This document shows positions 42,501 to 51,775 of a stretch of DNA of 64,000 nt, piece by piece. The notes beneath the pieces are model-generated. The model was given only the letters and a program-made list of their open reading frames with translations. It had not been told where the DNA came from and ran no database searches. The stretch's first letter is position 1, and each line of letters starts with the position of its first letter. This stretch comes from Candidatus Latescibacterota bacterium (lineage in GTDB: Bacteria > Latescibacterota > UBA2968 > UBA8231). Location: contig OZ220089.1 in assembly GCA_964291625.2 (NCBI GenBank), positions 1,184,001 to 1,248,000 of the forward strand. The letters are read 5' to 3'. A program made the position numbers and the translations under genes.

Positions 42501-43207
42501 GGCGGCCGACTCCCTTCGTCGGGGGCTTCCATTCCCTGCGCGTCACCCGGGGCGAGGGTCCCGTGCTGGCTCCCACCCGCTACTTCAACCGAGTCCGCCT
42601 CGACCGTCCCCTGCCCGTCTCCGTCCACGCCGGCCAGCCCCTCCGCGTCAGCGGCGAGGTCTCCGATCCCGGGGCGACCGTGTTGGAGCTCGAGCTGTAT
42701 CCCCTCGACGCAGACGACGAACGCGGGGCCACGCCGGACACCACCCTGACCCTGCCGGTCAAGGCGGGGCGCTTCGACGGCCTGGTGAGTTTCGCGGTCC
42801 CCAGAGGCCGCTACTGGCTGGCCATGAACCTGGGCCCGCCCGGGGACCTGACCTACGTGGGGGCGGTCCCCGTCTTCGAGATCCTGCCGCCGGCGCCCAC
42901 CTCCGTCGAGCCGACGGCCGAGCCCCACGCCTTCGCCCTGCACCCCAACTACCCCAACCCCTTCAACAGCCGCACCCACCTCTCCTTCTCCCTGCCCGAG
43001 GACCAGCCCCACGTCGAGCTGGCCGTCTACGACCTGCTGGGCCAGAAGCTGGCGGTCCTGGCGGCGGGGCCCCGGGACTCCGGGCTGCACTCGGTGGCGT
43101 GGGACGGCCGCGACGACGCGGGACGGCCGATGGCCAGCGGCACCTATCTCTATCGCCTGCGGGCGGGGCCGTACGAAGGGGTGGGCAAGCTGCTGCTGCT
43201 GCGCTGA
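39596..43207 (+). CDS. Secreted M30-like zinc metallopeptidase with Ig-like repeats and C-terminal PNYPNPFN/FlgD-Ig domain
   Basis: Signal peptide; FGAPSDVDGDGRI, AHEFQHLIN, WLNEGLSH; PNYPNPFN...YDLLGQ...WDGRDDAG..MASGTYLYRL (alternative start GTG 39575). Confidence 0.85.
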   Translation: MRLSLPAALLLLNPLRVEAEEVSRDHFPGIVLDEPIPTSFETGQALSLSGRVEDDGIGLVSFSFRRADGGRQLFWAWVVEGRFEREVVFPHSAAGEFDLVVEADKGEESLSLLGRFDGLRIDRGRGAIALPRRYFPLVNLDQPLPTRLATGEALHVAGTLEGTSAPAHLLLLVGSDEETYWTFQFLVEEGRFERTIVLPRAAEDAFYLVLYLLPPDEDPVALDGYSHLDITGGAEPVEIPRLFFSGIELDQPQPVRWPVRRPVLLAGEVRPFVRSFWLVLEPLGSGGRRLIFPGVEEGRFRFSVLLRAHESGPVRLSVMLQLRDYTVWPAGEIVIEGVAAPLPDLEVGVLALSLLAGGQGRVPLLNRGGAAVELEAPEVEGPFEVEDHPSTLAPGEAGEIVLNYGGSGGDQGLLTLVSDDPLRPRVSIALSGLEPREAASDLVHLRADASGRIEAGADLEERDLVLALYAAPTGRFDPSRAYDVSLDGSTALARPAVGARPDRRDSVDYRARQLERTLSLRMQQQGRPAAKPAAVHYEVGDSRDFRFTGEGRVPTHSFRATAAAVNDLVVAWIQDDLREDDDNIDAGRMQAIIDQFAEDYPLVVETFGAPSDVDGDGRIAVLVTHLMQDVGAGGQFRASSLVPRRAGGDGNVTDLLWTNPLVPEESYRSLLAHEFQHLINFNQHVLVRQGLSEASWLNEGLSHLAEDLVEEPPNDNYQLVRIFLSEPGAVGLSRGMLTLATRGAAYLFVRSLVDLLGEGVLLRLVQTDRVDRENVEAATGESFADLMARWGAQLYVSGTGLSGHPRLNYSVPSLRPPEGRGFPLPVPVTWRWGEEPPGLGVRPWGLQFLRVTGDGRGTLSLQTEPRARLGAVPLRVPRSAPDASMAADHFAGITLDSTPLLELATGEPLLFEGTTADTVETIHLEFVPEEGGEPQTFFLLVDEGRFARTVFFRHDEAGSYSLNVYVVERRPTPFVGGFHSLRVTRGEGPVLAPTRYFNRVRLDRPLPVSVHAGQPLRVSGEVSDPGATVLELELYPLDADDERGATPDTTLTLPVKAGRFDGLVSFAVPRGRYWLAMNLGPPGDLTYVGAVPVFEILPPAPTSVEPTAEPHAFALHPNYPNPFNSRTHLSFSLPEDQPHVELAVYDLLGQKLAVLAAGPRDSGLHSVAWDGRDDAGRPMASGTYLYRLRAGPYEGVGKLLLLR
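41876..41970 (+). repeat. 95-bp identical direct repeat (copy 2 at 45512-45606)
   Basis: ctgctgcgcctggtgcagacc...gcccgctggggggc is identical in both peptidase genes. Confidence 0.85.
42916..43207 (+). repeat. ~290-bp near-identical direct repeat encoding the C-terminal domain (copy 2 at 46549-46840)
   Basis: Only scattered substitutions; the last ~125 bp appear identical. Confidence 0.9.
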
Positions 43208-43231
43208 ACCGATGTCACCAAGGAGATCCCC

Positions 43232-46200
43232 GTGAAGGGAACCCTGCGTCTGGCCCTCCCGATGGTGCTGCTGTTGCTCAACCCCCTCTTGCTGAGGGCC
43301 GACGAGGTGCCGCGGGATTACTTCCCCGGCATCGTTCTGGACGAGCCCATACCCGCCACCTTCGAGACGGGGCAGCCGCTGTCCCTGGCCGGGAGCGTGG
43401 ACGCCGGCATCTACTTCCTTCGCTTCCTCTTCACCCGTGTCGACGGGGCCGAGCAGGAGTTCTGGGACTGGGTCGTCGAGGGCCGTTTCATCCGCGACAT
43501 CGTCTTTCCCCACAGCCTCGACGGAGAGTACAGTCTGCTGGTCGAGGCCGGAAAGGGCCCGGAAGCCCTCACCTCGGAAGCCCTCACCCCCCTGGGGCGT
43601 TTCGAAGGCCTGCGGATAGACCGGGGGCAGGGACCCGTGATGCTGTCGCCGCGCTTCCTCCCCCTGGTGCATCTCGACGAGCCGTTACCGACCCGCCTGG
43701 CTACCGGGGACACCCTGTACGTGGCCGGCACCCTGGAAGGGATCGCCCCGCCCGCCATGCTCCGCTTCCGGTTTCTGTCCGATGCCGGGAACCTGGACTT
43801 CGACATCGTCGCCCAGGAGACCCGCTTCGAGCGGACCCTGCTCCTGCCCCGCGCCGCCGAGGATGCCCATGGTCTGGTCGTGTACCTCGGCCCGTGGGAA
43901 GGGCCCCTGCTAGTCATGGCCTGGTACCTCTTCCTCGATGTCGAGGCCGGGGCCGAACCCGTCGAGGTGCCCCGGCACTTCTTCAACGGGTTTGTCCTCG
44001 ACGAGCCGCTCCCGGTGAAGTGGCCCCTGCACCGTCCGGTGGTCCTCGCCGGCGAGGTCCGCCCCTGGGTACACGCCGCCCGGCTGATTCTCGAGCCGGT
44101 CGAAGGGGAACGCCGCGTGCTCGCCTTCGGCCTGGAGGAGGGACGCTTCCGCTTTCCCGTGCGCCTGACGGCCGACGAGCTGGGCCCGGTGCTGCTGTCC
44201 CTGGCGATCGAGTTCGAGGAAGGGGCGCCCCGGGTCGCCGGCCGCATCGCCATCGAGGGGGTGGATTCGCCCCTCCCGGACCTGGAGGTGGGGGTGCTGG
44301 CCGTCTCCCTGCTGGCCGGACAGGAGACGGCGGTCCCGCTGCGGAACCGGGGAAGCGGCGCCATCGAGCTGGAGCCGCCCCGGGTCGAAGGGCCCTTCCC
44401 GGTCGTGGACTACCCCTCCGTGCTGGAGCCCGGCGAGTCCGGGGAAGTCGTGTTGAGCTACAGCGGCCCGGGGGACGACCGGGGTCTGCTGACCGTGGTC
44501 AGCGACGATCCCTTCCGGCCCCGGGTCTCCGTCGCCCTTTCGGGGCTGGAGCGCAGGGAGGCGTCATCCGACCTGGTGCACCTGCGGGCCGACGCCTCGG
44601 GCCGTCTCGAGGCCGACCTCGATCTCCGGGAGCGGGACGTGGTTCTCGCCCTCTATGCGTCGCCATTGGACGCGCCGGGCCCGGAGGCGCCTTACGACAT
44701 CCTCCTGGGCCGGGCCAGCGGCAAACCCGCGCGGCCCCCGGCGGCCGACCCCCCGGACACCATCGAGCTCGAGGACCGCCGTCTCGAGAAGGAACTGGCC
44801 CTGCGGGTCCAGCAGAGCGGCCCCTGGGCGGGCAAGCCGGCGGCGGTGCAGTACGAGGTCGGGGACCGCCGCTCCTTCCGCCTCGACACCACCCGGGATG
44901 CCCTGGACCAGGACATCGAAGCCCGGGTCGTGGCGGTCAACGAGCGCGCCGTGGCCTTCGTCCAGCAGGACCTGCGGGAGCACCCTCAGAACATCGACGA
45001 GGACGGGATACGGAGGGTGACCGACCAGTTCGCCGAGGACTATCCCATCCTGGTGGAGGCCTTCGGAGCTCCTTCGGACGTCGACGGCGACGGCAGGATC
45101 GCCCTGCTCTTCAGCCACCTGGTGCCCGAGATCGGCCGCGAGGCCTTCTTCAGCGCGGGTGACGTCGTGCCCGCCTGGGTGGGCGGCAACGGCAACATGA
45201 CCGATCTCATCTGGCTGAGCCCGCTGGCGGTTGTCCACCGGGTCCTGCTCGCCCACTACTTCCAGCATCTCATCAATTTCAACCAGCACGCTCTTGTGCG
45301 CCGTTCCGATGTCGAGGAGATCTGGCTCAACGAGGGTCTGTCCCACGTGGCCCAGGACCTGGTAACGCATGAGAACAACAACTACGCCTTTGTGCGCGCC
45401 TATCTGAGGCAGCCGGGAGGAACGGGGTTGAGCACGCCCGGCACCCTGGCCACCCGGGGGGCCGCCTACCTGTTCGTGCGCAGCCTCGTCGATCTCTTCG
45501 GGGAGCGAATCCTGCTGCGCCTGGTGCAGACCGACCGGGTGGACCGCGAGAACGTCGAGGCCGCCACCGGCGAGAGCTTCGCCGACCTGATGGCCCGCTG
45601 GGGGGCGCAGCTCTATCTCAGCGGCACCGGCCGGAGCGGCCATCCGCGCTTCAACTATCGCCTGGCCTCCCTCCATCCGCCGGAAGGCCGGGGATTCCCC
45701 CCGCCCGCCTCGTTGACCTGGCGGCCGGGAGAGGACCCGCCGGCCCTGGCGGTCCAGCCCTGGGGGCTGCAGTTCCTCCGCGTGGCCGGTGACGCCACAA
45801 CCCGTCTGAGCCTGCAGGCCGAGCCGCAGGCCCGCCTGGGCGCCGTGGCCCTGCCGGTGGCCAAGGTCGCGGCCCCGGCCGCCATGGCGGCCGACCACTT
45901 CGCCGGCATCACCTTCGATCCGCCCCTGCCCCTGGAGCTGTCCACCGGGGCGCCGCTCGTCCTCCAGGGAACCACGGCCGACAGCGTCGCCCGGATCCAC
46001 ATGGAGTTCTTCCCCGACGACGGGGGCGAGCCGGGGGAGTACTTCCTCCTCGTCGACGAGGGGAGGTTCTCACGGACGATCTACTTCTACCACGAGGAGG
46101 CCTCGAGCTACTCCCTCCACGTCTACGTCGACAGGCGCCAGCCGACTCCCTTCGCCGGCAGCTTCCACCCCATGCAGATGACCCGGGGTCAGGGCCCCAT

Positions 46201-46840
46201 CCAGGTGCCCACCCGCTACTTCAACAGGGTGCGCCTCGACCGTCCCCTGCCGACCTCCGTCCGCGCCGGTCAGCCCCTTCACTTCAGCGGCGAAGTGACG
46301 GAGCCGGGGGCGACCCGGATGGAGTTGGTCCTGTATCCCCTCGATGGGGTCGAAGTCTCTGCCACCCGCCAGACCGCCGTGACCCTGCCGATCGAGTCGG
46401 GCCGTTTCGACGGCGAGCTGCTCTTTGACGAGGCTCCGACCGGCCCCTACCGGCTGTCGATGTACCTGGGTCCGGCTGGAAGCCTGACCTACGTGGGGGC
46501 CGTGACCCTTTTCGAGATCCTGCCCGTGGCCACGTCCCTTGACCTGGAGGCCGAGCCCCACGCCTTCGCCCTGCACCCCAACTACCCCAACCCCTTCAAC
46601 AGCCGCACCCACCTCTCCTTCTCCCTGCCGGAGGACCAGCCGCAAGTGGAGCTGGCCGTCTACGACCTGCTCGGCCAGAAGCTGGCGGTCCTGGCGGCGG
46701 GCCCTCGGGACGCGGGGCTGCACTCGGTGGCGTGGGACGGCCGCGACGACGCGGGACGGCCGATGGCCAGCGGCACCTATCTCTATCGCCTGCGGGCGGG
46801 GCCGTACGAAGGGGTGGGCAAGCTGCTGCTGCTGCGCTGA
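43232..46840 (+). CDS. Tandem paralog of the M30-like peptidase with HExxH changed to HYFQH
   Basis: Colinear with upstream gene; AHYFQHLIN, WLNEGLSH; AAGGAG RBS; same C-terminal domain. Confidence 0.87.
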   Translation: MKGTLRLALPMVLLLLNPLLLRADEVPRDYFPGIVLDEPIPATFETGQPLSLAGSVDAGIYFLRFLFTRVDGAEQEFWDWVVEGRFIRDIVFPHSLDGEYSLLVEAGKGPEALTSEALTPLGRFEGLRIDRGQGPVMLSPRFLPLVHLDEPLPTRLATGDTLYVAGTLEGIAPPAMLRFRFLSDAGNLDFDIVAQETRFERTLLLPRAAEDAHGLVVYLGPWEGPLLVMAWYLFLDVEAGAEPVEVPRHFFNGFVLDEPLPVKWPLHRPVVLAGEVRPWVHAARLILEPVEGERRVLAFGLEEGRFRFPVRLTADELGPVLLSLAIEFEEGAPRVAGRIAIEGVDSPLPDLEVGVLAVSLLAGQETAVPLRNRGSGAIELEPPRVEGPFPVVDYPSVLEPGESGEVVLSYSGPGDDRGLLTVVSDDPFRPRVSVALSGLERREASSDLVHLRADASGRLEADLDLRERDVVLALYASPLDAPGPEAPYDILLGRASGKPARPPAADPPDTIELEDRRLEKELALRVQQSGPWAGKPAAVQYEVGDRRSFRLDTTRDALDQDIEARVVAVNERAVAFVQQDLREHPQNIDEDGIRRVTDQFAEDYPILVEAFGAPSDVDGDGRIALLFSHLVPEIGREAFFSAGDVVPAWVGGNGNMTDLIWLSPLAVVHRVLLAHYFQHLINFNQHALVRRSDVEEIWLNEGLSHVAQDLVTHENNNYAFVRAYLRQPGGTGLSTPGTLATRGAAYLFVRSLVDLFGERILLRLVQTDRVDRENVEAATGESFADLMARWGAQLYLSGTGRSGHPRFNYRLASLHPPEGRGFPPPASLTWRPGEDPPALAVQPWGLQFLRVAGDATTRLSLQAEPQARLGAVALPVAKVAAPAAMAADHFAGITFDPPLPLELSTGAPLVLQGTTADSVARIHMEFFPDDGGEPGEYFLLVDEGRFSRTIYFYHEEASSYSLHVYVDRRQPTPFAGSFHPMQMTRGQGPIQVPTRYFNRVRLDRPLPTSVRAGQPLHFSGEVTEPGATRMELVLYPLDGVEVSATRQTAVTLPIESGRFDGELLFDEAPTGPYRLSMYLGPAGSLTYVGAVTLFEILPVATSLDLEAEPHAFALHPNYPNPFNSRTHLSFSLPEDQPQVELAVYDLLGQKLAVLAAGPRDAGLHSVAWDGRDDAGRPMASGTYLYRLRAGPYEGVGKLLLLR

Positions 46841-46860
46841 AGGGGAGCATGCCTTCCTGG

Positions 46861-46889
46861 TTGAGGGTATCTGCCCTCCTTGCTATGCT
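46861..46889 (+). promoter_or_regulatory. Putative sigma70 promoter for the HEPN gene pair
   Basis: TTGAGG-N17-TATGCT with extended -10 TG; GAGGG/CCCTC inverted repeat inside. Confidence 0.4.
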
Positions 46890-46938
46890 CTTCTCCTCGG
46901 GACGGCCCTCATTCGGACATGTCTCCAGGGAGCGCAGA

Positions 46939-47202
46939 ATGGAACCCTCCGCAACTGTCATAGAGTCCGAGCTCAAGGGCCTCCAGGGGCTCCCCACCCC
47001 CGTCGCTTCGTGGCAGGTGGAGACGGGTCTGGACGCCACGGACGATCCCGCCGTATGGGTATGGGCCATGCTGGAGGAGGAAGATGTCGACAGCGGGACT
47101 CGGGCCCGCCTGCGGGAAATCATTCGGCATGCGGTAAGCCGCCTGGCTCACGATCCGCCCTGGGTCTACGTGCGATTCCGCGGAGCCTCGGAGAGCATTT
47201 AG
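46939..47202 (+). CDS. Small (87 aa) hypothetical protein, possibly a degenerate nucleotidyltransferase-fold partner
   Basis: GGAG RBS + ATG; GLDATDDPAVWVW...WVYVRFR; 6 bp upstream of HEPN gene. Confidence 0.6.
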   Translation: MEPSATVIESELKGLQGLPTPVASWQVETGLDATDDPAVWVWAMLEEEDVDSGTRARLREIIRHAVSRLAHDPPWVYVRFRGASESI

Positions 47203-47208
47203 GGCCCG

Positions 47209-47718
47209 ATGAATCTGCATACGGACCTTCTGCGACAAGCTCGACATCTGACCTTCAGGGAGCCGAAGCGGCCTCTGCAGGTCAGTCTGCGTCGCGCAGT
47301 CTCCGCTGCGTACTACGCCATCTTCCACCTTCTGGTCGATGACGCGACGCGTCGCATGTTCCCGGGCAGGAGTCGGGCCTCGCTCCGCAGCTGTCTTGCA
47401 CGGGCATTCGTCCACGGCGACATGAAGAGAGTAGCTCTGCAATTTTCCAGTCAAACCCTCGCGTCAAGGCTCGGCCCCGGGCTGAACGGGGCGACACTCC
47501 AGCCTGAGATCGTCAATGTCGCTACCGCCTTTGTGGACCTTCAACAGGCCCGTCACGAAGCGGATTACGACACGGCTCGCAGGTTCACGAGGGGCGAAGT
47601 GGTCGATCTGTTGGACCAGACGAAAGATGCATTTGCGGACTGGAAGAGGGTCCGAAGGAGCATCCAGGCGGACACCTTCCTCGCAGGCCTGCTGGCCTTC
47701 GCGAACATGCGTGCCTGA
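47209..47718 (+). CDS. HEPN-domain protein
   Basis: RRAVSAAYYAIFH, FVH, LQQARHEADYD pattern of the HEPN/DUF103-like class. Confidence 0.78.
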   Translation: MNLHTDLLRQARHLTFREPKRPLQVSLRRAVSAAYYAIFHLLVDDATRRMFPGRSRASLRSCLARAFVHGDMKRVALQFSSQTLASRLGPGLNGATLQPEIVNVATAFVDLQQARHEADYDTARRFTRGEVVDLLDQTKDAFADWKRVRRSIQADTFLAGLLAFANMRA

Positions 47719-47809
47719 GTAGCCGGGCTGAAGGAGGCGGGCCAGCCCCGGCCTTCGCCCCATCCCAGCTCAGAGACACCCGGACTCGCGTATCTCTGGT
47801 GTTGCGATC

Positions 47810-48598
47810 ATGGACTTCTACGACTCCGCCGCGGACCTCTACGACTCCACCTTCGGGCGGGCCGAGCTGGAGGGCGAGCGCGGCGACGTGGCCTTCTACG
47901 TGGAGGAGGCCCGGCGGGCCGGGGCCCCGGTGCTGGACCTGGCCTGCGGCACCGGGCGGGTCCTGATCCCGATCGCCCATGCGGGGGTGCCGGTGGTGGG
48001 CGTGGACAAGTCGCCGGCGATGCTCTCGGCGGCGCGCAAGAAACTCGCCCGGCTCCCGGAAGCGACGCGGCAGCGCGTCGAGCTGATCGAGGGGGACATG
48101 CGCTCCTTCTCCCTTGGCCGGCGATTCGACCTCGCCATAATCCCCTTCCGCTCCTTCCTGCACCTGATGACCCCGGCCGACCAGCGGCAGGCCCTGGGCC
48201 GCATCCGCGAACACCTGGCCGACGGCGGCCGTCTCGTGTTCAACATCTTCGACCCGCGGCTGGAGATGATCGCCTCCCATCTCGGACAATCCGCCGCCCT
48301 GGAGAAGGAGAGCGAGTTCACCCATCCGGAGACGGGCCGCCAGGTCGTCGAGTGGGTGAGGCGCCGCTTCGACGCGGCCAACCAGACGATCGACGAGGAG
48401 CGGGTCCTCGAGGAGCTGGAGGCAGGGCAGGTCGTGTCCCGAACCCATGCGCCGATCTCCCTGCGCTGGGTCTACCGCTACGAGATGGAGCACCTGCTGG
48501 AGCTGAGCGGCTTCGCCGTGGAGGCCCTCTGCGGCGGCTTCGACCGCGGCCCCTTCCGCCACGGCGGGGAGCAGGTCTGGGTGGCGCGGAGGGCGTGA
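47810..48598 (+). CDS. Class I SAM-dependent methyltransferase
   Basis: VLDLACGTGR, VGVDKSPAML, GDMRSF, FRSFLHL, HLADGGRL. Confidence 0.9.
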   Translation: MDFYDSAADLYDSTFGRAELEGERGDVAFYVEEARRAGAPVLDLACGTGRVLIPIAHAGVPVVGVDKSPAMLSAARKKLARLPEATRQRVELIEGDMRSFSLGRRFDLAIIPFRSFLHLMTPADQRQALGRIREHLADGGRLVFNIFDPRLEMIASHLGQSAALEKESEFTHPETGRQVVEWVRRRFDAANQTIDEERVLEELEAGQVVSRTHAPISLRWVYRYEMEHLLELSGFAVEALCGGFDRGPFRHGGEQVWVARRA

Positions 48599-49980
48599 GG
48601 CCTCTCCCCCACCGCGTCAAGGCGGGCTACGGGGCCGCCGATCTGGGCCTGGCCGCCGTCGAGTCGATGGTGCAGGTCTACCTCTTCAAGTTCTACAACG
48701 TCGTCGTCGGTCTGCCCGCCCTCTACACCGGTCTGGCCCTGGCCCTGGCCATCCTCTGGGACGCGGTCAGCGATCCCCTCATGGGCGGCCTCTCCGACCG
48801 CTCCCGCTGGGCCGGCGGCCGCCGGCGGCCCTATCTCGTGCCCGGGGCCGGCCTGCTGGCCGTCTCCTTCCTCTGGATCTTCAACCCTCCGCCCCTCGAC
48901 GGCGACGCCGCCCGCTTCGCCTTCCTCCTCCTCTCCTTCATCCTCCTCAACACCGCCATGACCGTCGTCGGCGTGCCCCACGCGGCCCTGGGGAGCGAGC
49001 TGAGCTTCGACCGCCACGAGCGCACCCAGCTCTTCGCCTACCGGCGGCTCTTCGGCACCGTGGGGGCCCTGGCCGGCCTGTTGCTGCCCGGTCTGCTGAT
49101 GGCCCAGTGGGACGGTCCCGGCGACGGCGCCGACCGAGCCCGCGGCCTGGCCAGCTGGTGGCTGGCGGCTCCCATCGTGGTCTGCGCCTGGGTCACCCTC
49201 CGGGCCACCCGCGGCCTCGATCGATCCGCCGACCATGCCCGGCCCGGTCCCCTCCGTCTCCGGCGCCTCTTCGCCGACCAGGCGGGGGCCCTGGCCAATC
49301 CCTACTTCCGCGTGCTGCTGCTGGCCTTCCTCGTCGCCGCGGTGGCCCGCACCTTCAACGCCTCCATCGCCCTCTACTACTACGAGTACCGCCTGCAGCT
49401 GACCGAGCAGGAGACGATCGCGTGGGTCCTGCTGCCCTTCTTCCTGAGCTTCATCGCCTCCCTGCCGCTGTGGATCCGGGCCGCCCGCCGCTGGGGCAAG
49501 AGGGGGGCCGGGGTCTTCGGCGTCTGCGGCCTGGGGGCCTCCACGGCGGTCGCCTATCCCCTCTTTCCGGTGGGGGAGCTGACGCCGCCGCTGATCTACG
49601 GGATCGCGGGCGGAGGCCTGGCCGGGGCGGTCGTCCTCCTCGACGCCCTGGTGGCCGACACCATCGACTACGACCGGCTCCGGACCGGCCTCGACCGGGA
49701 GGGGCTCTACTTCGGGGTGTGGCGCATGGGGACCAAGCTCGCCCGCGCCCTGGGGCTGGGTCTCAACGGCGTCTGCCTGTGGCTGATCGGATTCTCGGCC
49801 GGGGCGGCCGCCCTGTCGCCGGAGACGGGTTGGCGCCTGGCCCTGCTCTTCGGTCCGGTGGTGGGGGTCCTCTTCGTCGGCGCCGGGCTCGTCCTGCGCT
49901 GCATGCCGCTCACAGACGAGCGGCACCAGCGCATTCAGGAGCTGCTGCGGCGCCGGCGGGAGCGGTCCCCGAAGCGGTAG
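48595..49980 (+). CDS. GPH/MelB-type MFS symporter
   Basis: [15 protein letters not shown]...[26 protein letters not shown]...REGLYFG; GTGA overlap with upstream stop. Confidence 0.88.
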   Translation: MRPLPHRVKAGYGAADLGLAAVESMVQVYLFKFYNVVVGLPALYTGLALALAILWDAVSDPLMGGLSDRSRWAGGRRRPYLVPGAGLLAVSFLWIFNPPPLDGDAARFAFLLLSFILLNTAMTVVGVPHAALGSELSFDRHERTQLFAYRRLFGTVGALAGLLLPGLLMAQWDGPGDGADRARGLASWWLAAPIVVCAWVTLRATRGLDRSADHARPGPLRLRRLFADQAGALANPYFRVLLLAFLVAAVARTFNASIALYYYEYRLQLTEQETIAWVLLPFFLSFIASLPLWIRAARRWGKRGAGVFGVCGLGASTAVAYPLFPVGELTPPLIYGIAGGGLAGAVVLLDALVADTIDYDRLRTGLDREGLYFGVWRMGTKLARALGLGLNGVCLWLIGFSAGAAALSPETGWRLALLFGPVVGVLFVGAGLVLRCMPLTDERHQRIQELLRRRRERSPKR

Positions 49981-50987
49981 TGGGAGACCCACCACTCCTG
50001 CCCGCCCCGGTAGCCCCACAGCTCGGCGCAGGCCATGAAGAACATGCGCCAGCGCCGCAGCCAGCGGCCCCGCTCCGCCGCTCCGTACCGGCCTTCCAGG
50101 ACGGCGAGGGCCTGCGGGCGCCGGGCGTCGAGGTTGGCCAGCCAGTGCTCGGCGGTGCGGGCGTAGTGCCGGCCGTCGACCCGCCACCGCTCCTGAAGGA
50201 CCAGGTCGTCCTGGAAGTGGAGGACCAGGTCGTCGGAGGGCATCATGCCGCCGGTGAAGAAGTGGCGTCCCATCCAGTTGCCGTCTCCCTCGGACTCGAA
50301 GCCGTACGCGTGGCAGCGGTGGACGAAGACGTGGATGAACAGTGAGCCGCCCGGCTCGAGCCAGCCGGCGATGCGCCGCAGCAGCTCGCGGTAGTTGCGC
50401 ATGTGCTCGAACATCTCCACCGAGACCACCCGGTCGTAGCGGCCCGGCGCCGCGAACCGGTTCATGTCCTCGGTGATCACCTCGACGTTGCTCAGACCCA
50501 GGGCCTGGCAGCGCTCTTCGATGAAGCCCCGCTGCAGGGCGGAGTTGGAGACGGCGGTGATGCGGCTGCCGGGATACCGCTCGGCCATCCACAGGGTCAG
50601 GGAGCCCCAGCCGCAGCCCAGCTCCAGCACCCGCTGGCCGTCGTGCAGGTCGGCGCGCCGACAGGTGAGGTCGAGCATGGCCTCCTCGGCCTCGTCGAGA
50701 GTGGCCGTCGCGGACGGGAACCAGCAGCAGCTGTACTTGAGGCGGCGGCCCAGGACCAGCCGGAAGAACTCCGGCGGCAGCTCGTAGTGCTGGTCGTTGG
50801 GGCTCTGCGCATGCAGGGCGACGGGGGCCCGGTCCATCGAGGCGATGAAGCGGTCCAGGGCCGCCTGCTCCGCCTCGCAGTCGGTGCCGCGCTCCCGAAG
50901 CAGCCGCCGGCGGTGGAGGCGGCGGATGCCCCGGCGGACCAGGGCGTCGGGCAGCAGGCCCCGCTCGGCCCAGTCGACGGGGTTCAA
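49935..50987 (-). CDS. CFA-synthase-like SAM methyltransferase (second copy)
   Basis: [52 protein letters not shown]; TTG start overlapping upstream stop. Confidence 0.88.
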   Translation of the reverse strand: MNPVDWAERGLLPDALVRRGIRRLHRRRLLRERGTDCEAEQAALDRFIASMDRAPVALHAQSPNDQHYELPPEFFRLVLGRRLKYSCCWFPSATATLDEAEEAMLDLTCRRADLHDGQRVLELGCGWGSLTLWMAERYPGSRITAVSNSALQRGFIEERCQALGLSNVEVITEDMNRFAAPGRYDRVVSVEMFEHMRNYRELLRRIAGWLEPGGSLFIHVFVHRCHAYGFESEGDGNWMGRHFFTGGMMPSDDLVLHFQDDLVLQERWRVDGRHYARTAEHWLANLDARRPQALAVLEGRYGAAERGRWLRRWRMFFMACAELWGYRGGQEWWVSHYRFGDRSRRRRSSS

Positions 50988-51775
50988 GGCTCCTCCCGCC
51001 GGGGGAACCACGGGAGGAAGGGGCTGGTGGCGCGCTGGTAGCGGCGGTAGTCCTCGCCGCGGGTGACCAGGGCCCGCTTCTCGGTGTAGGGGATGCCGGT
51101 GACGCGGTAGAGGAGGAACAGCATCAGCGGCGGCCCGACCCAGGCCAGCCACGCGACCGGTGACCCGGCTGCCATGGCCGCGTAGGCCCACCAGTGGACC
51201 CACTCGAAGAAGTAGTTGGGGTGCCGCGAGTACCGCCACAGGCCGCGGTCGCAGGTGCGCCCCCGGTTGGCCGCCTGCCCGCGGAAGGCCGCCAGCTGCC
51301 GGTCGGCCGTCCACTCGCCGGCCACGGCCGCCGCCCAGACCAGCAGGCCGGCCGCGTCCCAGGCGGTCCAGCCCGGCTCAACCTTCGCGGCCACGGCGGC
51401 GAAGGGCAGGCCGAATAGGACCACCAGCACCGCCTGGGCCTGGAAGAGCCAGAAGAAGCGGGCCTGGGCCCTGTCGCCCCATTGAGCGCGAAGCATCTGG
51501 TAGCGGCCGTCCTCCTCGCCGGCCCGGAGCACCCGGTCGACCAGATAGGCGGCCAGGCGGAAGGACCACGCCGCCCCCATGAGGCCGACCAGGAGCCGCC
51601 GCGGCCCCCAGCCGTCCCCGGTGAAGGCGGCGGCCACGGCCACCAGTCCGATGCCGGCGGCCCAGCCCACGTCGACGACGCCGGCGTCCCCCCGGCGCCG
51701 CTGCAGCAGGTACAGGGCGGTCATGACGGCCACGGCCGCCGCCAGGCTCCAGGCCAGCAGGACGGGCACGGTCAC
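50984..51775 (-). CDS. DUF1295 / steroid 5-alpha-reductase-like membrane protein
   Basis: [40 protein letters not shown]. Confidence 0.9.
   Translation of the reverse strand: MTVPVLLAWSLAAAVAVMTALYLLQRRRGDAGVVDVGWAAGIGLVAVAAAFTGDGWGPRRLLVGLMGAAWSFRLAAYLVDRVLRAGEEDGRYQMLRAQWGDRAQARFFWLFQAQAVLVVLFGLPFAAVAAKVEPGWTAWDAAGLLVWAAAVAGEWTADRQLAAFRGQAANRGRTCDRGLWRYSRHPNYFFEWVHWWAYAAMAAGSPVAWLAWVGPPLMLFLLYRVTGIPYTEKRALVTRGEDYRRYQRATSPFLPWFPRREEP

Noticed and set aside
42916-46840. Near-identical repeats as a DGR template/variable pair
   Set aside because: No reverse transcriptase in the window; differences are mostly C/G changes at third positions, not adenine-specific; both copies are in-frame CTDs
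49935-49980. 46-bp convergent overlap of the MFS and methyltransferase genes
   Set aside because: Short 3' overlaps are common in GC-rich genomes; no evidence of function
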